The translations under genes were made by a program, and so were the position numbers. A model generated the notes under the pieces. That model saw only the letters and a program-made list of their open reading frames with translations, searched no databases and was not told the DNA's origin. A stretch of 32,000 nucleotides of DNA from Aquifex aeolicus VF5 (GTDB lineage: Bacteria; Aquificota; Aquificia; Aquificales; Aquificaceae). Below, one piece after another: positions 1 to 9,210 of the stretch. The DNA is taken from contig NC_000918.1 of NCBI RefSeq assembly GCF_000008625.1, positions 780,001-812,000 on the forward strand, read 5' to 3'. Every line of letters starts with the position of its first letter. Positions within the stretch are counted from its first letter, which is position 1.

Positions 1-167
1 TTGAGCCCTTTTACACTACAAAACAAAACGGAACGGGACTGGGACTTTCCATAGTAAAAACTTTTGTAGAAGGTATGAACGGAAAAATTGAAGTAAAAAA
101 CTGCAGCGGTGCTTTGGTTAAAGTGTATCTGCCGGAGGTAGCGGAAAGTGAACGTTTTGGTAATTGA
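1..167 (+). CDS. C-terminal end of sensor histidine kinase (partial, starts before window)
   Basis: Frame starting at base 3 reads EPFYTTKQNGTGLGLSIVKTFVEGMNGKIEVKNCSGALVKVYLPEVAESERFGN*, containing the F box and G2 box (GTGLGLSIV) of a HATPase_c domain. It overlaps the GTG start of the response regulator by 20 nt. Confidence 0.93.
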   Translation, partial: EPFYTTKQNGTGLGLSIVKTFVEGMNGKIEVKNCSGALVKVYLPEVAESERFGN

Positions 168-1467
168 AGATGACAAGGTTTTCAGAGGTTTACTCGAGGA
201 ATACCTTTCCATGAAAGGTATAAAAGTTGAGAGTGCTGAGAGGGGAAAGGAAGCGTACAAACTCCTTTCGGAAAAACACTTCAACGTGGTACTCCTTGAT
301 CTCCTGCTTCCAGACGTGAACGGACTGGAAATACTCAAGTGGATTAAAGAAAGAAGCCCGGAAACGGAAGTAATCGTAATTACGGGACACGGAACTATAA
401 AAACTGCGGTAGAAGCTATGAAAATGGGAGCGTACGACTTTTTAACAAAACCCTGCATGCTCGAAGAAATAGAACTCACTATAAATAAGGCGATAGAACA
501 CAGGAAATTGAGGAAAGAAAACGAATTACTGAGAAGGGAAAAGGACTTAAAGGAAGAGGAGTACGTATTCGAAAGCCCCAAAATGAAGGAGATTCTGGAA
601 AAAATTAAGAAGATTTCCTGTGCGGAATGTCCCGTCCTTATCACGGGAGAAAGCGGAGTTGGAAAGGAGGTTGTGGCACGGCTTATACACAAATTGAGCG
701 ACAGATCTAAAGAGCCCTTTGTTGCATTAAATGTTGCTTCAATTCCCCGGGATATATTCGAAGCGGAACTCTTCGGGTACGAAAAGGGAGCCTTCACGGG
801 AGCAGTATCTTCCAAGGAAGGTTTTTTTGAGCTTGCGGACGGAGGAACACTCTTTTTGGACGAGATAGGTGAGCTGAGTTTAGAGGCTCAGGCAAAACTG
901 CTCAGGGTAATTGAGAGCGGAAAGTTTTACAGACTCGGCGGAAGGAAGGAAATTGAAGTAAACGTAAGGATTCTGGCCGCAACTAATAGAAACATTAAAG
1001 AACTTGTAAAGGAAGGAAAGTTCAGGGAAGACCTTTACTACAGACTCGGAGTTATCGAGATAGAAATACCACCTTTGAGGGAAAGGAAGGAAGACATAAT
1101 CCCTCTCGCCAATCACTTTCTGAAAAAGTTTAGCAGGAAGTACGCAAAAGAAGTGGAGGGATTCACAAAAAGTGCCCAAGAACTTCTACTAAGTTATCCC
1201 TGGTACGGAAACGTGAGGGAACTCAAAAACGTAATTGAAAGGGCTGTACTCTTTTCCGAGGGAAAGTTTATAGACAGAGGGGAATTGTCCTGCTTGGTAA
1301 ATTCAAAAGGGATAAAAAACAAACACAAAAGTATAAAGGAAATTGAAAAGGAAGAAATAATAAAAGTCTTGAAAGAGGTAAATTTCAATAAAAAACTTGC
1401 TTCCGAGATCCTTGGGATTCCCTTAAGAACTCTCTACAGGAGACTGAAGGAGTACGGAATAGAGTAA
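148..1467 (+). CDS. ntrC1: Sigma54-dependent response regulator / AAA+ activator NtrC1
   Basis: 439 aa with receiver domain (DLLLPD), Walker A GESGVGKE, GAFTGA loop, Walker B GGTLFLDEIGEL, and a Fis-type C-terminal HTH. Sequence matches my recollection of A. aeolicus NtrC1. GTG start. Confidence 0.97.
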   Translation: MNVLVIEDDKVFRGLLEEYLSMKGIKVESAERGKEAYKLLSEKHFNVVLLDLLLPDVNGLEILKWIKERSPETEVIVITGHGTIKTAVEAMKMGAYDFLTKPCMLEEIELTINKAIEHRKLRKENELLRREKDLKEEEYVFESPKMKEILEKIKKISCAECPVLITGESGVGKEVVARLIHKLSDRSKEPFVALNVASIPRDIFEAELFGYEKGAFTGAVSSKEGFFELADGGTLFLDEIGELSLEAQAKLLRVIESGKFYRLGGRKEIEVNVRILAATNRNIKELVKEGKFREDLYYRLGVIEIEIPPLRERKEDIIPLANHFLKKFSRKYAKEVEGFTKSAQELLLSYPWYGNVRELKNVIERAVLFSEGKFIDRGELSCLVNSKGIKNKHKSIKEIEKEEIIKVLKEVNFNKKLASEILGIPLRTLYRRLKEYGIE

Positions 1468-1476
1468 TTGTCAGAC

Positions 1477-1505
1477 TGGCAAATTTTTGCCAAAATGGCA
1501 AAAAT
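1477..1505. promoter_or_regulatory. Overlapping palindromes, candidate NtrC1 enhancer (UAS)
   Basis: TGGCAAA-TT-TTTGCCA (1477..1492) overlaps ATTTTTGCCA-AAA-TGGCAAAAAT (1483..1505), a perfect 10-nt-arm palindrome. Centred about 80 bp upstream of the predicted start site of a sigma54 promoter. Confidence 0.65.
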
Positions 1506-1542
1506 CCCTTCCTCTAACCCTTGATTTTCAAGCTCAAGAATT

Positions 1543-1558
1543 TGGCACACTACTTGCA
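1543..1558 (+). promoter_or_regulatory. Sigma54 (RpoN) -24/-12 promoter
   Basis: TGGCAC-ACTAC-TTGCA matches consensus TGGCACR-N4-TTGCW with correct GG-N10-GC spacing. It lies about 26 bp before the DsrE-family start codon. Confidence 0.88.
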
Positions 1559-1583
1559 TTTATCCGTTCAGGAGGTGAGAGAT

Positions 1584-2078
1584 ATGAGGAGAAGAGACTT
1601 TTTAACCTTAGGTGCAGCTTTTTTACTTACCGCTGCCGTACCATCATTTTCAATTGAAAGACTCTCTTTCAAAGATCTCAAGAAAAAAGCGGAGATCGAC
1701 GTGGTTTACCACGCGGACTTTCCTCAGGAAAAGCGTTTCAAGACTATGCTGAGGAACATAACAAACCACCTTTCCGTCTACAACTTCGATCCCTTTAAGG
1801 TTCACATCGTCGTTGTTGCACACGGAGCTGGGGCAAAGTTCTTCCTGAAAGATCTTAAAGGTACAAGGTGGGAAAAGGAACCTATAGATCAGAAAGCTAT
1901 AAAGGCTAAGCTTGAAGAGCTACAGCAGTACGGTGTAGAGTTCTACGTTTGCGGGATAACGGTAAAGAGGCTAAAACTAAAGGACAAGCTCTACGACTTC
2001 GTAAAGATAGTTCCCTCGGGTGTTGGTGCCGTTGCACATCTTCAAAAAATCGGTTACGCCTACATAAAGGTTCAGTAA
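1584..2078 (+). CDS. DsrE-family protein with Tat-type signal peptide
   Basis: ATG preceded by GGAGGTGAG. N-terminus MRRRDFLTLGAAFLLTAAVPSFS is a twin-arginine signal. Body has DsrE-like features (VVVAHGAGAKFFL, VEFYVCGITVKRLKL, IVPSGVGAVAHLQKIGYAYIK). The tool ORF start at 1521 (TTG) would place the sigma54 promoter inside the gene. Confidence 0.82.
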   Translation: MRRRDFLTLGAAFLLTAAVPSFSIERLSFKDLKKKAEIDVVYHADFPQEKRFKTMLRNITNHLSVYNFDPFKVHIVVVAHGAGAKFFLKDLKGTRWEKEPIDQKAIKAKLEELQQYGVEFYVCGITVKRLKLKDKLYDFVKIVPSGVGAVAHLQKIGYAYIKVQ

Positions 2079-2091
2079 AGGAGGAGGGGCT

Positions 2092-3616
2092 ATGAAGAAG
2101 TACATCGTACCTCTCGGAATTTCCCTTCTCGCTCTTTCTACACCCTCTCACGCCATAAGGATATGGAGTCCTTCAGAAAACCAGTTCTTAGATATATATA
2201 AACTTCCTTATACAAACTTGGCTGAGATACCAGGAGATAAGCGATAAAAACAGACCTAACTTCATCAAAGGAGACAACAGGACCGATTTTTCTTTCAGGA
2301 GAATAAGGGTAAGGTTCGGAGGAAGTTTAAACAAATGGTTCAAGTTTAATTTGGTAATAAGGCTGAACAACGTGGGAAGGGACGCATACCTCGCACCCTT
2401 CGGAGGTCAACCTGCGGGGTACAAAAGACAGGGTGAACTTTTGGGAGGCAGGAACTTCGCGCTCCACGAACTAGATCTGAAGTTTGCACTTCACGAACTC
2501 CTAGAAACGAGAGGTTGGATCTGGGATCTACACTTGGGTTTTCCTAGAGTTCCGCTTGGAAGAGAACAGTACGGAAGAACAGGATTCGACAACTTGGAAA
2601 GTGACAGAACATTGGCAACTCTCAGGTGGACTCACTTCACCGTTGCAAACGTTACGGGGCGTTCTTACGGTGCGTACTTACACGTGAGGAAAGGAAATAA
2701 GGCTAAAGGTTTTAAGAGGATTACTTGGGATGGTTTTCTCGGAATCTTTGACGGATTTAAAGGAACTGATCAACCTTGGGATGAAACGGTGAGGGGAACG
2801 GATGCAAGCCAGTACGGTTGTAACGCAGCATGCCTATCCCAACTAAGGATGTAATTCCAAAGACTCCTTCCTGTACACTTTCAGAACGACTCTAATGTTT
2901 GGAAAACCGGAAGGGAAACCTAAAGGACTTAACTGGCTTTACAGGGACACTTACATAGGAAAGAGGAAGGGAATAACCCTTGGTTTTTCCTTTGCTATGC
3001 AAAACGACATAGATCAGGAACTCATATCAGACACACAGGGTCCGGCTCCAGGGATAAACGGACAAGGAAAACCTTCTCCAGGTGCGGGAAGTGTACAAGT
3101 AAGGGTGCCGTATATGATACTCCCGAATCCCATTACCACTCCCGAAGTGAGAAATCATCCGGTAGATATGAGGATGTACGGTGCGGACTTAGCAATCCAC
3201 TACGGTCCCTTATCTTTCATACTCGAAGCTGGACAACACCAGTTTAAAAACGTTTTCTTAGACGCACAAAAACTTAGTGAAGACTTTAAAAACAATTGGT
3301 TCATAATAAAAGGAGCTTACGCCTTAAATCCCAAGAGCACTACAGTCTTTGAGCCTTACGTCAGTTATTACATATGGGATCCGGATATAAAGGAAGATTC
3401 AAAGGGTAGGGCTTACGGTGATGCGGCTAACTTTATCAAAGGAAACAAAGCCGGCAAGGAAAAGGCAACATTAGGAAAAATATCCGTGACATCTTTAGGA
3501 GTAAACATCTGGTATACAAAAGCGAAGCTCATGAGCTTAACCTTTGAGTATCAAATAATAAACGAAGAGAGAAACGAAATAACGCCTTTACCGTTCAATT
3601 CCGCTTTGTCTTTTAG
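2092..3616 (+). pseudogene. Porin-like outer-membrane beta-barrel gene, disrupted by at least three frameshifts
   Basis: RBS GGAGGAGGGG. Frame 1 (2092..2247) encodes a signal peptide MKKYIVPLGISLLALSTPSHA. Frame 2 (about 2192..2854) reads ...WLRYQEISDKNRPNFIKGDNRTDFSFRRIRVRFGGSLNKWFKFNLVI... Frame 3 (about 2895..3577) reads ...WLYRDTYIGKRKGITLGFSFAMQNDID...LMSLTFEYQIINEERNE. Back in frame 2 (3578..3616) it reads NNAFTVQFRFVF*, a typical porin terminal strand ending in Phe. Confidence 0.75.
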
Positions 3617-3681
3617 CCGGCACCTTCCTTTAATCTTTCTTCGTTTCTGTTCCCAGAGCTTTCCTAACTCCAGTCCATACC

Positions 3682-6600
3682 TTAAATATTGCCCCTTCTA
3701 AAATCTACGTAAATGGCGTATAGTGCGGGCACTATTATAAGCACTATTACTATTGTCGAGAGTATACCTCCTACCATAGGTGCAGCAATTCTGGACATAA
3801 CCTCGCTTCCCGTGCCGTGTCCAAGCATTATGGGAAGGAGACCTATGAGAATAGCCCCGAAAGTCATAAACTTGGGTCTTATCCTCTTGACAGCTCCCTT
3901 GTATATAGCTTCAAAGGCATCTTTTTTACTCCTTATTTCGCTCTCTTTCAGGGCGTTTTGTATGTAAACCACCATAACTATTCCCATTTCTGCCGCTATT
4001 CCGAGGAGTGCCAAAAATCCAGCTATCGAGGCTATTGAGATGTTGTAGTTGAGAAGGTACATGAGCAGGACTCCGCCGAAAGTGGCTATCGGAAGGGTTA
4101 TGAGAACGAGGAAAGTCTCAAAGAGTTTGTTGAAGGTAAACCACACGAGAAGGATTATCAGGAGTATTACAGAAGGGACTATGACTTTCAGGTTTTCCAG
4201 AGCTTTTTTCCAGTACTCGAACTGACCGCTCCACTCGTAGTAGTAACCTTTTGGAAGTTTTAAATTCTCTTTAAGAACCTTTTCAGCCCTTTCAATTACG
4301 GTTCCCATATCCACTTCCGGGTCGGGTGTTACGAAGACGTAGCTAACGAGAAGACCGTTTTCAGACTTTATACTGGAAGGACTTTCCTTTACGACCACGT
4401 CCGCCACTGCGGAAAGGGGAACGAATTTATCCTTCATAGGAATCGTAAGCGTTTCCAACTCGTACCTGTAGTCCAGAGGAATACCTAAGGTTACTGAGTA
4501 CCTTTCCCTTCCCAAGATCACAGTACTGATTTTCTTATTTGCAAAGAGTGTTAAAATGGCTTCGTTCACGTCTCCCACTGTAAGACCGTACCTATCTAAT
4601 TCTTCCCTCTTCGGAATTATCTCAACGTACAGGGCGTTTGCGGAACGCTCTCCGAAAACGCTCATAATCCCAGGAACGTCCTTCAGTAGTTTTTCTATTT
4701 CCTGAGCTACTTCGTTTAACTTATTCACATCATCTCCGTAAACTTTTATACCGAGCGGTGTCTGTATGCCCGTGGTAATCATATCTATCCTTCCCTTTAT
4801 GGGCATGGTCCACATGTTGGAAAGCCCGGGCAGGGATATAGCCTTATCCATTTCCCTAATTAGCTCTGCATAAGTTAAAGGTCTTTCCTCAGGGAATACT
4901 TTCCTCAGGATATCCTTTATAAATTCGGGGATTTCCCAGTCGGAATAAAATCTCTCAACTTTTACCTTCCTCCACTCTTCCTGAGGCTTCAGGGTTATGA
5001 AAGTCTCTATCATGGACATGGGAGCGGGATCGGTGGGTGTGTTTGCCCTTCCCGCCTTTCCGAGAACGGACTCCACTTCCGGAAACTCCTTCAGTATTCT
5101 GTCCTGAATGTTCAGTATTCTGAGCATCTCCTGTCTCGATACGCTGGGCACCGTCGTTGGCATGTACATAAGGGTTCCTTCGTTGAGGGGAGGCATGAAT
5201 TCTCTGCCAAGTTTCTCGTAAAGGTAAAAGGTTGCAACGCCCATAAAGATGAAGAGGATTAAGAGAAGGTACCTCAGTTTTATGGAAATGTGAAACACGG
5301 GGTCGTATACCTTTATAAGTAATTTAACGAGGGGATTTTTCTCCTCTCCGGGGATGCGTCCCCTTATAAAGTAGTAGGCTAATACAGGTACAACGATAAC
5401 CGATATTATGGAGGCGATGAGCATTGAGAGGGTCTTTGTTGCAACGAGGGGTTCAAAAAGCCTTCCAGCCTGTCCTTCCAGAGCAAAAAGCGGAACGAAG
5501 GAAACGGTAACTATCAAAAGGGCGAAAAATATGGGTTTCCCCACGTCTTTGGCGGAATGAACGATGGCGTCCCAGAGTTTTTCCCCCTCTTCAAGTCTCC
5601 TGTGTATGTTTTCTACGAGAACAATCGCGGCATCAACCATAGTCCCAATCGCAATCGCTATACCGCCGAGGGACATTATGTTCGAAGTAATGCCGAGATG
5701 GTTCATAACGGCAAAGGTGGTGAGAATGGAAAGTACGAGGAATATTATGATTACGAGCGCACTCCTTACGTGAAAGAGGAATATCCCCACTATCAGAAGG
5801 ACGACTACAGACTCCTCTATGAGCTTCCTCTTCAGGTTTTCTATTGCACTTTCTATAAGCGTTGAGCGGTCGTAAGCGGTTAAAACCTGCACGTCCTCCG
5901 GAAGCCCCTTCTTAACTTCTTCCAGTTTTTCTTTTACCCTTTGTATAACTTTGTACGCGTCCGCCCCGAAGCGCATAACGACTATTCCCGCAACCGTATC
6001 CCCCATACCGTTGAAGTCCGCAACTCCCATCCTGAAGGCGGGAACCTCTACGACCTTTGCCACATCTTCAAGCCTTATGGGTACTCCGTCCCTTTCCGCT
6101 ACTACCGTTTTCTCTATTTCTTCCCTATTCTTTACGTATCCAACTGCTCTTATAAGGTACTCCTTCTCGTTTATCTCCACGTACTTTCCGCCGGTTTCAA
6201 CGTTGGTCCTCTTTATAGCCCTGTAGAGTTCTCCCAGAGATATTCCGTACTGGTAGAGCTTTTCAGGCTTTACGAGAATTCTGTACTCTTTTTCAAAACC
6301 CCCTACGGACGCAACTTCCGCAACGTCCGGAATAGAGAGGAGTGCGTACTTGATATAGAAGTTCTGGAGTGCCCAGAGTTCTTCTAAGGTTCTCTTTTTG
6401 GAGACTAAAACGTACTTGTAAACCCATCCGACACCCGTCGCGTCCGGACCAAGTTCAATCCTCGCATCTTGTGGCAATTGACTTCTTATTGAAGAGAGCT
6501 TTTCCAGAACTCTGCTCCTTGCCCAGTAGAGATCCGTTCCGTCTTCAAATATCACGAAAACTAAGGAAAAGTTCGGAAAGGAGTATCCCCTCACGGTCTT

Positions 6601-6834
6601 TACCTTGGGGACTCCCATCATGTTAGTCACGAGGGGATAGGTGAGCTGGTCCTCTATAACTTGCGGTATCTGCCCAATCCACTCGGAGTATATAATCACC
6701 TGAACGTCTGAAAGATCAGGTATTGCGTCTATGGGGGTCTTCTTAAGGGAATAATACCCGTAAAACAGGAGAAAGATGGATATAAAGAGAATAGGAAGCC
6801 TGTTTCTCAGGAGTATTTCGGTAAACCTTTCCAT
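3682..6834 (-). CDS. cusA: CusA/CzcA-type heavy-metal efflux RND transporter
   Basis: 1050 aa RND protein: METERFTEILLRNRLPILFISIFLLFYGYYSLKKTPIDAIPDLSDVQV, GIAIAIGTMVDAAIVLVEN, and a second TM block GIAAEMGIVMVVYI. Last gene of a same-strand copper cluster; metal specificity inferred from context. Confidence 0.9.
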   Translation of the reverse strand: MERFTEILLRNRLPILFISIFLLFYGYYSLKKTPIDAIPDLSDVQVIIYSEWIGQIPQVIEDQLTYPLVTNMMGVPKVKTVRGYSFPNFSLVFVIFEDGTDLYWARSRVLEKLSSIRSQLPQDARIELGPDATGVGWVYKYVLVSKKRTLEELWALQNFYIKYALLSIPDVAEVASVGGFEKEYRILVKPEKLYQYGISLGELYRAIKRTNVETGGKYVEINEKEYLIRAVGYVKNREEIEKTVVAERDGVPIRLEDVAKVVEVPAFRMGVADFNGMGDTVAGIVVMRFGADAYKVIQRVKEKLEEVKKGLPEDVQVLTAYDRSTLIESAIENLKRKLIEESVVVLLIVGIFLFHVRSALVIIIFLVLSILTTFAVMNHLGITSNIMSLGGIAIAIGTMVDAAIVLVENIHRRLEEGEKLWDAIVHSAKDVGKPIFFALLIVTVSFVPLFALEGQAGRLFEPLVATKTLSMLIASIISVIVVPVLAYYFIRGRIPGEEKNPLVKLLIKVYDPVFHISIKLRYLLLILFIFMGVATFYLYEKLGREFMPPLNEGTLMYMPTTVPSVSRQEMLRILNIQDRILKEFPEVESVLGKAGRANTPTDPAPMSMIETFITLKPQEEWRKVKVERFYSDWEIPEFIKDILRKVFPEERPLTYAELIREMDKAISLPGLSNMWTMPIKGRIDMITTGIQTPLGIKVYGDDVNKLNEVAQEIEKLLKDVPGIMSVFGERSANALYVEIIPKREELDRYGLTVGDVNEAILTLFANKKISTVILGRERYSVTLGIPLDYRYELETLTIPMKDKFVPLSAVADVVVKESPSSIKSENGLLVSYVFVTPDPEVDMGTVIERAEKVLKENLKLPKGYYYEWSGQFEYWKKALENLKVIVPSVILLIILLVWFTFNKLFETFLVLITLPIATFGGVLLMYLLNYNISIASIAGFLALLGIAAEMGIVMVVYIQNALKESEIRSKKDAFEAIYKGAVKRIRPKFMTFGAILIGLLPIMLGHGTGSEVMSRIAAPMVGGILSTIVIVLIIVPALYAIYVDFRRGNI

Positions 6835-6840
6835 GGGTTA

Positions 6841-8835
6841 TCACCTCAGTTCTTTTTTCATAAGCATAGAGTTCAGGGCTACGATTACGGTGCTTGCACT
6901 CATGAATATCGCTCCAACCGCAGGTTTGAGAACAAATCCCCACGGATAACCGAGTCCCGTGGCGAGGGGCAAAGTAATTACGTTGTAGCCGACAGCCCAA
7001 AAGAGGTTCTGGAGCATCTTGCTCACGGTTACTTGAGAAAGCTTTATTACCTTCACCACGTCTCTCGGATCGCTCTTTACGAGAATTACGTCCGCACTCT
7101 CTATGGCTATATCCGTTCCCGAACCTATTGCTATACCCACGTCCGCCTGAATTAAAGCGGGAGCGTCGTTCACACCGTCTCCAACCATAGCCACGCTGTA
7201 ACCCCTATCCTGAAGCTCCTTAATCTTTTGAGCCTTTTCGTGGGGAAGAACCCTAGCAAAATACTCGTCCATTTCCAGCTCTTTTGCCACGTACTTTGCA
7301 ACCTCTTCGGAATCACCTGTTATCATGACTACCTTCTTACCGAGTTCCTTTAAACTTCTTACCGCTTCGTAAGATTCCTCTTTTATCCTGTCTGCCAAGG
7401 CTATTATCCCTGCTAGTTTCCCGTCCATTGAGGCGAAAACCACGGTTTTACCTTCCGACTGCAAACTCCTTGCCCTTTCTACGAGTTCCTCATCGAGCTT
7501 TACGTTAATTTCCTTTAAAAACTCAAGCGTTCCCACGCAAACGTTTCTGCCCGACACTTCTCCGCACACACCTTTTCCGGGAAAAGCTTTGAAGTTTTTT
7601 ACTTCTTCTTTTTCCTTTGCGTAAGAGACTATAGCTCTCGCTATTACGTGTTCCGAATGGTTCTCAACACTCGCAACGAATTTTAAAAATTCTCCTTCTT
7701 CAATATCCTTCGTAATTACTTCCGTAACACCTAACTTACCTTCTGTCAGGGTACCTGTTTTGTCAAAAACTACCACGTCAATGTCTTTCGCCTTTTCCAA
7801 GGCAAGCCTGTTTCTCACGAGTATTCCGTTTCTCGCTGAATAGGAAGTGGATATGGATACGACCAAAGGTATGGCGAGTCCCAGAGCGTGGGGGCATGCG
7901 GTTACCATGACCGTTACAGCCCTCTCAACGGCAAAGTTTAAATCTCCCAGGTAATACCACCAGAAGAGGAGTGAAATGGAGCCCAGACTTACGGCTATAA
8001 CGGTAAGGTAAAAGGCTGCACGATCCGCAAGGCTCTGGAGTTTCGTCTTTGATTCCTGAGCCTCTTTAACGAGCTTTATCACCTGTTTTAAGTAAGTTTC
8101 CTCTCCGGTCTTCTCTACGCGAACTTTAATGGAACCTTCCAAGTTTACGGAACCACCTATTACTTTATCCCCTGGCTTTTTGGGTACGGGTCTTGACTCT
8201 CCAGTTAACATGGATTCGTCCACGTGCGTATTCCCTTCCACTACGGTTCCGTCCGTCGGTATCTTTTCACCAGGTCTGACAAGAACTAAATCTCCCTTTT
8301 TTAATTTCTCCACGGGAACGTCAATCAAGCCCTTTTGTGTAACGAGATGTGCCTTTGAGGGGATTAGCTTTACAAGTTCTTCTAAAGCCCTCCCCGCTCC
8401 GAGTACTGACTTCATTTCCACGTAGTGACCCCAGAGCATTACCACGATCAGGGTCGTAAGTTCCCAGAAAAACTCCTTTCCTCCGAAAAAGAAAGTGTAA
8501 ACGCTGTAGATGTAAGCCACACTTATCGCAAGACCCACAAGGGTCATCATTCCCGGATTTTTCTTTTTTAATTCTTCTAACATTCCTTTCAGGAAGAAAG
8601 TACCGCCGTATATAAACACCGCTGTGGAAAGTAGTAGAATTACCCAGTTAGAGTAAGGGAAGGATACTTTTATTCCAATCAATTCCTGTATACTGGGAGA
8701 AAGGACAACTACGGGAACGGTTAAAATCGTGGTTATTAAAGCCTTTCTCTTAATAATTTCCGCGTGATGTGCATGTTCATGTTTTTCACTTTTTCTTTTT
8801 AATTCGTGTTTGTGTTTATCGTGATGTTCGTGCAT
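6841..8835 (-). CDS. copB: P1B-type copper-transporting ATPase, CPH type (CopB-like; possibly A. aeolicus CtrA3)
   Basis: 664 aa with phosphorylation motif DKTGT, CPH in TM ([13 protein letters not shown]), [10 protein letters not shown], and a His-rich N-terminus [26 protein letters not shown] in place of an HMA domain. Confidence 0.92.
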   Translation of the reverse strand: MHEHHDKHKHELKRKSEKHEHAHHAEIIKRKALITTILTVPVVVLSPSIQELIGIKVSFPYSNWVILLLSTAVFIYGGTFFLKGMLEELKKKNPGMMTLVGLAISVAYIYSVYTFFFGGKEFFWELTTLIVVMLWGHYVEMKSVLGAGRALEELVKLIPSKAHLVTQKGLIDVPVEKLKKGDLVLVRPGEKIPTDGTVVEGNTHVDESMLTGESRPVPKKPGDKVIGGSVNLEGSIKVRVEKTGEETYLKQVIKLVKEAQESKTKLQSLADRAAFYLTVIAVSLGSISLLFWWYYLGDLNFAVERAVTVMVTACPHALGLAIPLVVSISTSYSARNGILVRNRLALEKAKDIDVVVFDKTGTLTEGKLGVTEVITKDIEEGEFLKFVASVENHSEHVIARAIVSYAKEKEEVKNFKAFPGKGVCGEVSGRNVCVGTLEFLKEINVKLDEELVERARSLQSEGKTVVFASMDGKLAGIIALADRIKEESYEAVRSLKELGKKVVMITGDSEEVAKYVAKELEMDEYFARVLPHEKAQKIKELQDRGYSVAMVGDGVNDAPALIQADVGIAIGSGTDIAIESADVILVKSDPRDVVKVIKLSQVTVSKMLQNLFWAVGYNVITLPLATGLGYPWGFVLKPAVGAIFMSASTVIVALNSMLMKKELR

Positions 8836-8874
8836 ACTACTCCTCCAAAAATAAAGGGAAAAAGGAAGAGAAAA

Positions 8875-9198
8875 TTACTTTTTCGTTCTCTTCTGGAGTT
8901 TTTCCATAAGTTCCTTCATACACTTTTGCCTGTGTTCTATTACAATCTTCATGGTTTCCGGATCCATCATCTGCATGTTCATCATTCCCATCATGGGGTT
9001 CATACCCATGTAGGGCATACCCATCATCGGCATCATGTACATCATCGGCATCATAGGCATCATGTAAGGGTAGTAGTACATGGGCGGAGACATCTGCCTT
9101 TCTTTCGTCATTCCTCCCATCATTCCTCCACCCATCATGTCCATATGAGCGAAGGAAATGGAAAGTCCGAGTCCTGCAGCAACTAAAAACTTCTTCAT
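8875..9198 (-). CDS. Small secreted methionine-rich protein, putative copper-binding
   Basis: 107 aa with signal peptide [18 protein letters not shown], then a Met/Pro/Tyr-rich tract ([33 protein letters not shown]) and a charged helix. RBS GGAGGTG upstream. Sits inside the copper cluster. Confidence 0.85.
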
Positions 9199-9210
9199 GA
9201 CACACCTCCT

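Noticed and set aside
1483-1505. Palindrome after ntrC1 as a rho-independent terminator
   Set aside because: The stem has only four G:C pairs at the loop-proximal end and is otherwise A:T. The position relative to the sigma54 promoter and repeated half-sites fit a protein-binding site better, though a minor terminator role is not excluded.
1521-1583. Upstream TTG-start extension of the DsrE-family ORF (MIFKLKNLAHYLHLSVQEVRD...)
   Set aside because: It contains the sigma54 -24/-12 element and lacks an RBS. The internal ATG at 1584 has a strong GGAGGTGAG and opens a perfect Tat signal peptide.
3617-3701. C-terminal extension of ORF 2895..3701 overlapping the RND pump gene
   Set aside because: The correct porin terminus NNAFTVQFRFVF* ends at 3616 in another frame, so the extension is out-of-frame readthrough.
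5557-6387. Plus-strand ORFs (5557..5865, 5941..6387) opposite the RND pump gene
   Set aside because: Antisense to a clearly conserved transporter, with no independent evidence of coding.
8806-9186. Plus-strand His-rich 126-aa ORF ([11 protein letters not shown]...)
   Set aside because: Exact antisense of the Met-rich gene: CAT codons are the complement of ATG. No signal, RBS or family; an artefact of the Met codon runs.
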